Source: an uncultured Acidobacteriota bacterium
GTDB taxonomy: Bacteria; Acidobacteriota; UBA6911
NCBI GenBank assembly: GCA_963827655.1
Contig: CAWHCF010000019.1
Coordinates: 23,298 to 87,297 of the forward strand
Length of the DNA stretch: 64,000 bases
Direction of reading: 5' to 3'
A model generated the notes under the pieces. It made no database searches. It was given only the letters and a program-made list of their open reading frames with translations, and was not told where the DNA came from. This document shows, piece after piece, positions 49,370 through 59,603 of the stretch. The position numbers were made by a program, and so were the translations under genes. Position 1 is the first letter of the stretch. Every line of letters begins with the position of its first letter.

Positions 49370-51931
49370 TCACTCTGCTCGCAAGACCATCAGCGGATCG
49401 ACGATCGCCGCGCGCCGAGCCGGGACGTACGACGCCCCCACAGCAACCAGCGCGACCAGGAACGCAACCCCCGCGAAGGTTGCTGGATCTTGCGCATCCA
49501 CCTCGAAGAGCAGGTTTCGCATTCGATCGAGACTGAAGACGGCCGCACACAGACCCAGACCAATTCCCGCCAATGTGTAGCGCAGTCCCTGGCCGACGAC
49601 CACAAGCGGCAGGGCCCACGGACGGGCGCCCAGCGCCAGACGGATCCCGAACTCGCGCGTCCGCTGAGACACCAGGTAGGACATAACGCCATAGATGCCG
49701 ACGACTCCCAGCAGCAACGCGACCATCCCCAGAGACGTGATCAGCTGGGTCCGGATCCGCATGAGAGACGAGTTCTGATCCACCCAGTGCTGCATGCTCC
49801 GGATTTCATATGCCGCCATATTCGCGTCGTGTGCCTTGAGTCGATCGCGGATCACCAGCGCTGCGGCTTCCGGCTGGTCTTCGGTGCGCACCACGACATT
49901 GAACAGTGGGAAGAAGCCAAACTGCGAGGGCGGGAAGTAGACCACCCGCTCCGGGGGCTGGGCAAGGTTCTTCATGCGCACATCGGCGACGACGCCCACC
50001 ACCTCACCGCTATTGCCGTTCTCGAGACGCAGGCGACGCCCTATCGGATTGCCGTCGCCGTAGAGGGCGCGCGCCGTATGCCGGCTGATCACAAAAACCC
50101 GCGGCGAATTCGGCCCGTCCTCTGGACCCATCAGGCGGCCGCGAAGCAGAGGAATCTGGAACGCCCGAAAGTAGCCTGCGTCCACCAGACGCCATTCGCA
50201 GGTCACGAATGGGTCGCCTTCGGCCGCTACTTGCGTGACAGTGTGGGCGCCCGGGCTAAGCGGAATAGCGCTCGAGATTCCCACAGCTCTGATCCCGGGC
50301 GCGCTCTGAAGATCGCTCGTGAGACGCGACAGAAATTCGTTGATGGCCGCGCCGTTTTCGAGCCTCGCTCGAACCAGCGCCAGCTTCGCCGTCACCACCG
50401 AGTCCGCGTTGATGCCGGCCGGAACGCTCTGCAGCTTGATCAGACTCTGAACCAGCAGGGCGCCGCTGACCAACAGCAGCGTGGTAAGCGAGACCTGGCC
50501 GATGACCAGCACTGCCCTCACGCGATTACGCGCCGGCGCTCGATCGTCCCGGCCGGTCGCGTAAAGCGCGCCGAAGTTGCGGGCTCGACCAACATGCCAG
50601 AGTGGGGCCAGCCCGAAGCCGACGCCCGTCAAAATGGCCAGACCGAGCGCAAATCCGAATACGGGGAGGTTCAACGCAACTTCCTCGATGCGTGGGACAA
50701 CCTCGACCAGCACGCGTCGCGCGCCATGAATGATTGCCATGGACAGCAAGACGCCGAGGGCCGCGCCCGCGAACGACAGGATGACGCTTTCAGTCAGCAG
50801 CTGGCGCACAATACGTACCGCCCCGGCGCCGAGCGCCGCGCGGATGGCAATCTCCTTGCGGCGTGCTGCTGCACGCGACAGAAGAACGTTCGCCACGTTT
50901 CCGCATGCAATCAGAAGGACGATGGCCGCCGCTGCGAGCAGCGCCATGAGTGCGGCGCGAATCTCCGCGGGCACCATCGATTGCACCAGCGGTACGACGC
51001 CGACGCCGAAGCCTCGGTTCGAATCCGGAAATTCCCGCTCGAGGCGACCCGCGATCGACGTCATCTCCGCTTGCGCCTGAGCGTGCGTGAACCCCGGCCT
51101 CAGTCGGCCGAGCACCCCGAGATAGCGGTTGCCCCGCCGCGTGCCAGCCTGATCGATGACCTGCGGGACCCAGAGATCGGGTTCTGATGGGACCGAGAAT
51201 TCGGCGGAGGCAACGCCGATAACGCTGTAGGGAGTCCCGTTCAGAACGAGCTGCCGGCCGAGCACGTCAGCGTGCGCGCCGAATCGCGTGCGCCAGAGCC
51301 TGTTGCTCAGCACCGCGACCCGGTGTTGACCGCGGCGTTCCTCTTCCGGAGCGAACCACCGTCCGCTGTGAAGCCGAGCGCCCACGACGGAGATGAACGA
51401 CGCCGTCGGGGCGAGTGCTTCCAGACGCTCCGGGTATTCGAGTCCCGTCCATGTCAGACTCTGTCCACTGAACGCCGCCAGTTCAAGGCTGCGAGTCTGT
51501 TCTTTCCAGGAGAGATAGTTCGGCAGGGACACCGCCGACGCCTCGAGGCCGCGCGCGACGTTGGTCTCCCGGAGCAGCACGAGATCCTCAGGTTCAGCCA
51601 CCGGAAGGGGACGTAGCAGCAGGGCGTGGACCACACTGAAGATCGCGATGTTCGCGCCCATGCCGAACGTCAGAGCCGTCAACGCGATCGCAGGAATGGC
51701 AGGCGCGCGCCGCCACGAGCGGAGTGCGTAGCGCACATCCTGTTTCGCCATGCTCCAATGCTCCTGCGGCGCGTGAAACAACACGTCAACCACCACCTGA
51801 AACCAGAGCCTCAGGCGCCCCTCTTCGGCGCGCGCACGGAACAGCAGCGACATCTCCTGGCCGTATTCGTCGCGGAAATCGCGCGGGTAGAAACGAAGGA
51901 GAAAACGATAGATCCGTTCTGAGGTCTTCAC
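49370..51931 (-). CDS. ADOP-type duplicated ABC permease
   Basis: Two FtsX halves, 'LLIACGNVANVLL', 'PARRAAIVDPLMVLRAE'. Confidence 0.9.
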   Translation of the reverse strand: MKTSERIYRFLLRFYPRDFRDEYGQEMSLLFRARAEEGRLRLWFQVVVDVLFHAPQEHWSMAKQDVRYALRSWRRAPAIPAIALTALTFGMGANIAIFSVVHALLLRPLPVAEPEDLVLLRETNVARGLEASAVSLPNYLSWKEQTRSLELAAFSGQSLTWTGLEYPERLEALAPTASFISVVGARLHSGRWFAPEEERRGQHRVAVLSNRLWRTRFGAHADVLGRQLVLNGTPYSVIGVASAEFSVPSEPDLWVPQVIDQAGTRRGNRYLGVLGRLRPGFTHAQAQAEMTSIAGRLEREFPDSNRGFGVGVVPLVQSMVPAEIRAALMALLAAAAIVLLIACGNVANVLLSRAAARRKEIAIRAALGAGAVRIVRQLLTESVILSFAGAALGVLLSMAIIHGARRVLVEVVPRIEEVALNLPVFGFALGLAILTGVGFGLAPLWHVGRARNFGALYATGRDDRAPARNRVRAVLVIGQVSLTTLLLVSGALLVQSLIKLQSVPAGINADSVVTAKLALVRARLENGAAINEFLSRLTSDLQSAPGIRAVGISSAIPLSPGAHTVTQVAAEGDPFVTCEWRLVDAGYFRAFQIPLLRGRLMGPEDGPNSPRVFVISRHTARALYGDGNPIGRRLRLENGNSGEVVGVVADVRMKNLAQPPERVVYFPPSQFGFFPLFNVVVRTEDQPEAAALVIRDRLKAHDANMAAYEIRSMQHWVDQNSSLMRIRTQLITSLGMVALLLGVVGIYGVMSYLVSQRTREFGIRLALGARPWALPLVVVGQGLRYTLAGIGLGLCAAVFSLDRMRNLLFEVDAQDPATFAGVAFLVALVAVGASYVPARRAAIVDPLMVLRAE

Positions 51932-51935
51932 GTCT

Positions 51936-52286
51936 TCACCCTTCCCTGAGCCGAAGGCTAGTCACTCGAGCCTGGCTCAGGAGCGCCGACATGCGTGCCA
52001 TCTCCTGGCGCGCAGCCTCACGCCCTTCACGCGTCAACCGGTAATACCTGCGTCGTTCGTCGTCGCCTCTGGCGGGCCGTTCTTCAACCTCCTCGATCAG
52101 GTTGCCTTCGAGCATCTGCTTGATCGAGCCATACAGCGTGCCGGGACTCATCTTGACTTTGCCGCCGGTCCGTTCGGCGACGTCGAGCATGATTCCGTAT
52201 CCATGGCGTGGCTGGTCGGCCAATGCAATGAGGATGTGAAAGACGGCAGGCGCCATCGGGCGTTCGGACACTCCGGACTTGGGCAT
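51936..52286 (-). CDS. PadR-family regulator
   Basis: 'HGYGIM', 'PGTLYGSI', 'RRRYYRLT'; start at ATG 52286. Confidence 0.9.
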   Translation of the reverse strand: MPKSGVSERPMAPAVFHILIALADQPRHGYGIMLDVAERTGGKVKMSPGTLYGSIKQMLEGNLIEEVEERPARGDDERRRYYRLTREGREAARQEMARMSALLSQARVTSLRLREG

Positions 52287-52297
52287 AACGGCGGCAC

Positions 52298-52333
52298 TAT
52301 ATCGGATGATCGATATATCTGCAAGTCGATATT
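52298..52333. promoter_or_regulatory. Candidate PadR operator palindrome(s)
   Basis: TATATCG-N6-CGATATA at 52298-52317 plus overlapping degenerate copy, just upstream of the padR start. Confidence 0.55.
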
Positions 52334-52459
52334 GTTGGGCTAGCCGGCTTTGGGTCGCGTATCGACGCGATATCGGTCGCTCCCGGGGAACAGGAGCAGC
52401 GGCCTGAGCTGGCGCTCGGCGTAAGGTATGAGAAGCCAAACCCGATCGCGGATGCCGGA

Positions 52460-53716
52460 TCAGTGTTTGCCGTTCAGCTCCGTCAGCGCCTGGTAGGTAA
52501 GTACCTTCAACTCCCTGCGGAGTGGCCATGGCGATTGCATAAGCTGGACCATCGCCACCACGACAATCTCTTCCCTCGGATCTACCCAGAAGGTCGTTCC
52601 CGCGGCACCACTCCAGCTGTACTCTCCTACCGAGCCTACGACTCCGGTCTTCGGAACGTCGGTGATGACACCAAATCCGAGCCCAAACCCGCTTCCCCTG
52701 GACACCTCGCTGCTTGTCCCTGGCTTTACGGCTGCGGGCAGGTGGTCCATAGTCATAAGCTGTATGGTCTTGGGCGACAGGATGCGTACGCCCTCATACT
52801 CGCCGCCGTTGCGGAGCATCTCGGCAAAACGCATGTAGTCCATCGCCGTCGACACAAGGCCCCCGCCTCCCGAGAAAAACGTAGTGTTACGGTAGATCGG
52901 ATAGTCGGAAGGCGGCAAGACTTCCAGCTTTCGCTGTTCCGCATTCCAGCGATGATTCGTGCCGAAGCGGGAGAGTTTCGATTCCGGAACCTCGAAGAAG
53001 GTATCCTCCATTTTGAGAGGAGCGAAAATCCGTTCTTTCAGAAAACGGTCAAATCGTTGTCCTGAAATGCGCTCGATTACTGCACCCGTAACATCCACGG
53101 CCACGCTGTAGTGCCAGCGAGTGCCGGGTTCGTGGCGCAACGGTATCCCGGCTAGCTTCTTGATGAATTCGTCGAGGTCTTTGGCCGAAAGTAGCTTTTC
53201 GTCCCGGTAACGCTTGTCGACCGGATCCGACGCTGAGAACGAGTACGAAAATCCGGCGGTGTGAGAGAGGAGTTGCTGCATGTTCATCTGGGATTGGGCG
53301 GGTTTCTCCTCCCCATCCTTCAGCACCTTAAGATCCTTGAGTTCCGGCAAGAACTTGGAAACGGGGTCGGTGAGCTGAAACTTTCCTTCCTCGTAAAGGA
53401 TCATGGCGGCGACGGCGGTGATCGGCTTCGTCATCGAGTAGATGCGAAATAGTGTGTCGCGGGCCATAGGCGCGCCGGTCTCGAGGTTTTGCTTGCCCAC
53501 CACCTCGTAATGCACGATCTTCCCGTGACGGGCGATCACTGTGACGACGCCCGCAAGCTTGCCCTCGTCGACATAGCCCCTGGTAAGTGCCGTGATGCGC
53601 GCCAGCCGTTCGCTCGACATGCCGACCTTTTCGGCCGGCACCGTCGCCAGATCCGCCGCGCCCGCGGGAAAAGCAATCAAGAGTACCAAGACGAGTTGTC
53701 GTGTGACGTTGATCAT
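52460..53716 (-). CDS. Serine hydrolase, beta-lactamase class C-like
   Basis: SxxK 'SMTK', 'LLSHTAG', 'WHYS'; signal peptide. Confidence 0.9.
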   Translation of the reverse strand: MINVTRQLVLVLLIAFPAGAADLATVPAEKVGMSSERLARITALTRGYVDEGKLAGVVTVIARHGKIVHYEVVGKQNLETGAPMARDTLFRIYSMTKPITAVAAMILYEEGKFQLTDPVSKFLPELKDLKVLKDGEEKPAQSQMNMQQLLSHTAGFSYSFSASDPVDKRYRDEKLLSAKDLDEFIKKLAGIPLRHEPGTRWHYSVAVDVTGAVIERISGQRFDRFLKERIFAPLKMEDTFFEVPESKLSRFGTNHRWNAEQRKLEVLPPSDYPIYRNTTFFSGGGGLVSTAMDYMRFAEMLRNGGEYEGVRILSPKTIQLMTMDHLPAAVKPGTSSEVSRGSGFGLGFGVITDVPKTGVVGSVGEYSWSGAAGTTFWVDPREEIVVVAMVQLMQSPWPLRRELKVLTYQALTELNGKH

Positions 53717-53754
53717 AGAGCTCTCCGTCTTCTTTCGTTTGTGATCCTTTGTCC

Positions 53755-56048
53755 CTACCGCTCTCGTTCTGCCATCCAGATATTGCCGGTTATCTCGCGC
53801 ATGCTAAAGACCAGGGCATCTCGTGTAAGAGACATTCCCATTTCGCCCGCGCTGCGCGAGGTCAGGAGGGAGCGGCGCGCGCTGTGGATGTGAAGCACGC
53901 TGATTGGCAAGCCGACGGGCTGCTTCGTCGCATGGTCCAGTGGCTGAGCCCAAACGCAACGGGAACCATCCCTGTCCGAGAGAAAATAGAGAAGACGTCC
54001 ATCGGGCGACCAGAAAGGCCAGGAGTCCATACCGGAACCGTCCGTGACACGGATCCAGTCGCTTTCAGGCGCTGGTTGTTGCCCAAGAGGTGCAATAAAC
54101 ACCGAACGTCCTGTTTGAGCTGGGGACATGAAAAGCAATCCAACGCTCGTCGGGAGAAAGGGTGTCACGATGGAGTTCGTAGGTTGGATGCTCGAAGCAC
54201 CGTTCGTCTTTCGCCCGAGACGATATTCAGCAAACCGACCCGTTGGGGCCAACCCGAGTAATAAAGCAGCCCGGTTCCTGAAGGCGACCAGTTGAGCAGG
54301 TTCTGATTGCCGCAGTCTTCGCATAGCTTTCGGATCGGGCCTCCGCCTGAAGCCACCATGCAGAAATTTACTTTGTCGCCATCATAGGCCACGAAGGCCA
54401 CTTTGGAGCCATCCGGACTCAGCAGGACCCTGTCCTTCCTGAGCGCGTCGTCAGTAAGGGCGGATTCCTTGCCGGTGTTCATGTCCTTGATCCAGACGTT
54501 TGAGTGTCCCGAGCGAGTCGAGTTGAAAGCCAGTTTCTGCCCGTCATCCGACAAGCTGGGGTAAACGTCAGCGGCCGCACTTTCTACTACGGCACGCAGG
54601 GCGCCCAGAACTTTCCCTCGATTTGCAGCGATCGGCAGGCTCCAGATGTCGCTATTGGCAACCAGGCTGGCGAAAACGAGTCTTCCGTTCACTTCAAAGG
54701 ACGGATCGACGTCAAGGCCTGTGCCAGAGGTAAGCTGCTCGGGAACATCATCGACTTGCCAGGTCTGGGGCGAGATGCCTACCTGCCACAGACTGCTGGT
54801 ATCCTCGGCTTGAATGGAGAATGTGATCATATGGCTGCTGCCATGGGCAACCCAACTTCCCGGGCGGCAGTTACGACCGTGGAATCCTTGGAAACGACGG
54901 GCAGCTCCTGTTGAAACGGGCGCTCCTCTTCCTCCTTCCAGCGGTGTAACCCACCAATCAAAGGTATTGCTGGCCGCGCCGGTCCACTGGCCGAAAGGCG
55001 GCCTTTCCTTGGAGCCCAGGAAAAGCAGGTGATGTCCACCTGGCGACCAGACAGGCGATTCGGCATAGGCAAACTCCGGCTGGAGTTCCCACGGCGGCCC
55101 CCCGGCGAGGGGGACAATATGGATTCCGCTTTCTTCCAATCCGCTGCTGGGTTTTCGGATGAAGTAAGCCAGATATCGTCCATCCGGAGAAATCTGGGGA
55201 CGCCGACCCTGGGGGGCAATGAGTCTTTCCTCACCGCCAAGCACTGAGATCAGGTAGATGCCGCCACCATCCCGCTCTGAACGGAATGCGATCTTGCTTC
55301 CGTCGGGCGAGAAGACAGGCTCATGATCGTCCGATTCATCATGTGTCAGCCTGACGGGCTCGCCGCCGTTGACCTGCTTCACCCAGATGTCGAGATTGCC
55401 TTCACCACTTCGATCGGAAGCATAGGCCACCAGCTTGCCGTCGGAAGAAAGTGCGGGCTGATACGTCAGCCCGAGATCCGCAGTGATGCGCGTGAGTTTC
55501 AGGGGTTGCGCCGGCGGAGAAGAGCGAGTGAACCATAAGCTTATTCCCACACTGACCGCCACCAACAAGAGGCCCGCTGCGATCGCGGTTCCAGGATGCC
55601 ATCGGGTAAGAAAGGAAACCCTCGAGGGTTGCTCTGAGACAAGTTTGTTGGAGTGGGGATCCGGGTCAAAACTGATGCTGGTCTTTGGTGGCTCGCCGCG
55701 GCCATTGATCAGCAGGAATGTGGGAACATAGCTGCCCTTCGGGAAGTCAATCCGGAGAGGGTCTTCACGACCGTCACCTTCGTAATACTCCTTGAGTTTC
55801 GAACGCAGCCGCCGCGCCTCGACCCGTACGATCGTGTCGGTTCGGGGATCGAAGGAGGCCGTCCTGTCAAATACCTCCATTCCGAGAACGGATTCTTTGA
55901 GCGAATTTGCCTGGCCTTGAATCGTCTGTTCGACCGTGAAGCGCAAGAAGCGAACCATACGGTCCGAGCGGATGAAACCCGGACTGGCCAGAATTCTCTC
56001 AAGCTGCGTTCGGATTGTTTCTGCCGAAACGTCAGCGGATGTCTCCAC
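53755..56048 (-). CDS. N-terminal DNA-binding-like domain + TM + TolB/PD40 beta-propeller protein, frameshifted near 54100-54200
   Basis: 'IVRVEARRLRSKLKEYY', 'PKGSYVP', repeated 'SPDG' blades; C-terminus continues in ORF 53755-54324. Confidence 0.8.
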
Positions 56049-56450
56049 AATGAATCCCCTGTCTTCCTGGTTCCGCCAGCCCGATGCTTCCACTTTGCTC
56101 GGCGAGTGCGAAGACGATCCGCCCTCCCGCAGCGTGACCCGAAATAACACCCGCCGCCATATTCAGCGAGCGGCGCGTTTCGTGAAAGTGGTAGACGGCC
56201 ATGGGCCCTGCACGCGGCCGTTTAGTTGCCAGGGCCAGCCGCCGGCCGCTGTGCCAGATGCACGAGTAATCGTCGCGGGTGGAAGGGCAAGTATAGCAGA
56301 TTGCCGTCGGGTAACCACCAGGAACGCCGGTTGGCGCCGGCGGCGGCTGTCGCGGTGGTCCATTCCGTTTCGGGGCGCTCGGTATGTGCGCACCGCCACA
56401 ATCTTCACAGACGTTGACCGGACGCGGCAAATGAAAAGGAAAACCGAATC
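56032..56450 (-). pseudogene. Degraded C-terminal remnant of a PD40 paralog
   Basis: 'STRDDYSCIW...ATKRP...AVYHFHETRRSL...IVFALAEQSGSI.LAE' parallels the C-terminus of the adjacent gene. Confidence 0.65.
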
Positions 56451-56569
56451 GGAGCGCCAACATAATAGACAATCCGCTTCCCATCGGCACTCCAGCCATA
56501 GATAGTAATTCCGCCACCGGATCCAAAAGCTTTATCGCCTCTCCGCCTGACGAATCCATCAGGCCGCTA

Positions 56570-57880
56570 ATGGGGGTGAGGGCTTCACTCGATGAATTGC
56601 GCATGATCGACGAAAGACATACCACCGAGGCTATTGTTAATCTTGCCGAAGCGCTGTTATCGCGGCAGTTTGATCAGGCAGTTCGCCTCGTTCGGGACCG
56701 TGTGTTTTCCGGATTCAAGAGTGTCGTTGTGCGTTGCCGGGTAGAGAGCAGAGGCGCGGATCTCCCCAATGCGCTGATTGTCAAAAAAGTGCGCGAAGAC
56801 AGGGTCGGCTACTTCCCGAATAGTCAGGCGACCCCGAATGCCGCGCACGAATTATTCAATGATTGGGCTGCAGTCCGGTTTCTCGAGGGTCTCGGCCACG
56901 ATCCACCGCTCGGTCCTCGGTTTTATGCCGGCGACAGGCAACATGGATTGATCGTGCTCGAAGACATGGGAGATGGAGAAGCGCCCAATACCATAGATGC
57001 TTTGCAGGGACCCGATCCTCAGCTTGCAGAGCAGACTCTGGTCGAACATGTCGCGCTGCTCGGCCAGTTGCACGCCGCCACGATGGGCCGGTATGAGGAG
57101 TATCGACAAATCAGGCTCGGACTGGGACCGGCTCCGCATCCCTTGAAGCTTTACCATGATCCCTGGTCCGAGGCACGCTTGTCACTTGTTCCTGCGAGCG
57201 AGCTTGATGAAGTGATCAGTTCTTACCGTGCGGCTTTCGCAGCGCTCGACCTCCGTCCCCAGCCTGGTGTTGAGGACGAGATCGCGCACGTCACGACCGT
57301 TGTCGAAGTCAACCCCGGTCCGTTTCTCGCTTATTGCAAGGGTGATCAGAACGTTGCTGGCGACTACCTCCGGCGCCTGACGAAGCCGAGACTCTTTGAT
57401 TTCGACGCAGGCGGATTCAGACACGCGCTGATTGAAGGGATGCCGGGTCGTATGACCTGGGGATGCCAGATGCGCATCCCTGCGCGCGTCCAAAGCGATA
57501 TGGAAAGGGCGTATCAGGCAGCTCTTTCCCGTGGATATGCGGAAGTCGCCGATGATCGCGTGTTTTACCAAGGGCTGGTTGAAGCGGGCGCGCGCTGGAA
57601 CATCCTTCATATCATTCATCGAGTGCCGGCGGCTCTCTCGGGCGATTATCAAAGAGGGCTGACTACGCTACGCCAGCAGGTGGTTGCCTGGCTTGAGGCG
57701 TTTGCTGACCTCTCGGAAGAGCGACAGCAACTACAAGCCCTGGGTAAATCCGCTCGCGAAGCGGTGGAACGTTTGAGACAACTCTGGCCGGCCGAGGTTT
57801 GCAGCGTGCCGTATTACCCGGCTTTCGGCTCATGCTCCGAAGCCGCCGGACTTTCAAATGACCGATTTCGAAAAGGGTGA
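56570..57880 (+). CDS. Kinase-like (APH/phosphotransferase fold) protein
   Basis: 'IVKK', 'LIVLEDMG', 'LGQLHAAT', 'KGD..N', 'FDFD'. Confidence 0.7.
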   Translation: MGVRASLDELRMIDERHTTEAIVNLAEALLSRQFDQAVRLVRDRVFSGFKSVVVRCRVESRGADLPNALIVKKVREDRVGYFPNSQATPNAAHELFNDWAAVRFLEGLGHDPPLGPRFYAGDRQHGLIVLEDMGDGEAPNTIDALQGPDPQLAEQTLVEHVALLGQLHAATMGRYEEYRQIRLGLGPAPHPLKLYHDPWSEARLSLVPASELDEVISSYRAAFAALDLRPQPGVEDEIAHVTTVVEVNPGPFLAYCKGDQNVAGDYLRRLTKPRLFDFDAGGFRHALIEGMPGRMTWGCQMRIPARVQSDMERAYQAALSRGYAEVADDRVFYQGLVEAGARWNILHIIHRVPAALSGDYQRGLTTLRQQVVAWLEAFADLSEERQQLQALGKSAREAVERLRQLWPAEVCSVPYYPAFGSCSEAAGLSNDRFRKG

Positions 57881-57986
57881 ATCCCAAGTTGTTCCGATGA
57901 TTGCGCTTCGGCGGCAAGCGGGAAGTATGTGGAATCAGCCCGAACCGCCGCTTGATTGAAGATCGAAAACCAGGTATTTACATAGT

Positions 57987-58238
57987 ATGAAAATGAATAC
58001 CAAATCCAGCATAACTCTGCCAGCGGCCGAGGTTCGCGTCGTCGAGCGCCTTCAGAAGAAACTACGCGCACGGACCAAGGTGGAGGTCATCCGCCGGGCA
58101 CTCCGTCTCCTTCAGGAAACAAGCGATCGGGCTGAGCTTCGTCGCGCGTTCCGGGAAGCATCGGTGGCATGCCGTAAGGTTACCCTGAAGGAAATTGAAG
58201 AACTCGATGCTCTCACCTCCGAAGGACTCAACGAATGA
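57987..58238 (+). CDS. Putative ribbon-helix-helix antitoxin
   Basis: 'KSSITLP', 'TKVEVIRRAL'; ATGA overlap with MazF gene. Confidence 0.78.
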   Translation: MKMNTKSSITLPAAEVRVVERLQKKLRARTKVEVIRRALRLLQETSDRAELRRAFREASVACRKVTLKEIEELDALTSEGLNE

Positions 58239-58576
58239 CCGGCCGCCATGGCCATCTTTATCTGGCCGATCTCAATCCACGCTTCGGAACCGAGCCGGGG
58301 AAGCTACGACCAGTAGTTGTCATTCAATCGGACCTCCTCAACCAGGCTGGTCATCCCTCAACCTGGATTGTGCCTTGTACTACGCGCCAGGTCGGCGATA
58401 ATCTTCTCCGCGTTGTCCTTCCCGCCGGTTCCGCCGGAAATCGCCAGGACTGCGAGATCATGATCGATCAGAGTCGCGCGATTGACAATCGACGTATCAA
58501 GCGACTTTTAGGCCCTCTTCCTTCCTCACTCCTCCGCGAGGTGAAAGAAAAACTGCGCCTGCTCGGTGATCTGTGA
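58235..58576 (+). CDS. mazF: PemK/MazF-family toxin
   Basis: 'ADLNP..GTEPGKLRPVVVIQ', 'DQSRAIDNRR'. Confidence 0.9.
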   Translation: MTGRHGHLYLADLNPRFGTEPGKLRPVVVIQSDLLNQAGHPSTWIVPCTTRQVGDNLLRVVLPAGSAGNRQDCEIMIDQSRAIDNRRIKRLLGPLPSSLLREVKEKLRLLGDL

Positions 58577-58640
58577 GGCATCGAATAAGGCCGCGGCCAG
58601 GTAGAGCGGGAAGCGTCGCGCGTCAATCCTTTTTGCAGGT

Positions 58641-58706
<66 letters not shown>

Positions 58707-59358
58707 TATGTTGCCTCCCATCCGGCAAAACTCTGCCACGGCGTGACATTTTCGGCAAACATAAGCGTTGTATGAAGTTCTGGGATGCGGGTAGTCGACT
58801 CCGCGTCCCAAGGCGTCCACTCGTTTCTCGTCGTTGTGGAGTTAGGGTGGGCACAAAATTGGGCACAGTGCCGCGACAATGAAGCCCGAACCTAGAACCG
58901 GCGAAGAGCTCGAGGCCGCCGGCTACCAATTCGACGGCCTGAAGACCAACGAAGGCCTGCCCTGCCGGCCAAATGCCGTGGCTGCGGCGCCGATGAGAGT
59001 TTACAATCATTATCGATCCTCCGGAACGAGAGTCTCATCGTGACGACCCGTTTAGTTTGCGATTCACGATTTTTAAATGAATTCAGGCCGCTGAGCGTTG
59101 CAAACATCGGGTCTGTTTCGTCGCAAAGCTGTTTGGTTAAATAGTCAGGGTTCAGGGGCCCGCTCAAAATGCTTGGTTGCTGGTACACAATTTGTCCGGC
59201 CGTTGAGCAACCAGTCCAGCCGTCTCCTCGGTGCTTCTGCTATCTACGGTTGTCCGCCTCTATGACCTTCTGGCAAAGGAACTTGTCGCCGATTTGGCGG
59301 CAAACACATACAGTGACCTAGTTTAATATACTTGAAATCTAAGGGTTTATGTCAACCT

Positions 59359-59484
59359 TTCTACAATACGCGCCGCAGCCATTCCTATCTCGGCTTCAGC
59401 TCACCGGTAGAATAAGAAAGGATCTATGCCAGTCTACCAATCGCAGCATAACCAGGGTGCTGCCACTTATCCTGGGGAGGCCCA
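59359..59484 (+). mobile_element. IS3-family 3' remnant
   Basis: 'FYNTRRSHSYLGFSSPVE' followed by a right end '...cacttatcctggggaggccCA'. Confidence 0.7.
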
Positions 59485-59603
59485 GTTCGGCATATCTATT
59501 CTCTGGGCGGAAGAAGTGCCATGCGCGATGGAAGGAGCACCTCGAAGTTCACCTCGAGTTGATTCACTGCTATTACAATCCTGCTTCATACTGCCTCACC
59601 TCA

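Noticed and set aside
49490-51187. Long antisense ORFs (e.g. 565 aa here, 13716-14825, 39775-40974)
   Set aside because: They are shadows of recognisable genes on the opposite strand in GC-rich DNA and carry no motifs.
58879-59060. Small phage-like Cys-containing ORF fragment ('KCRGCGA')
   Set aside because: Too short and frameshifted to assign.
59330-59357. dif/Xer site (TTATGTCAACC resembles a XerD arm)
   Set aside because: No plausible XerC arm ending in ATAA at 6-bp spacing; it lies inside the IS left region.
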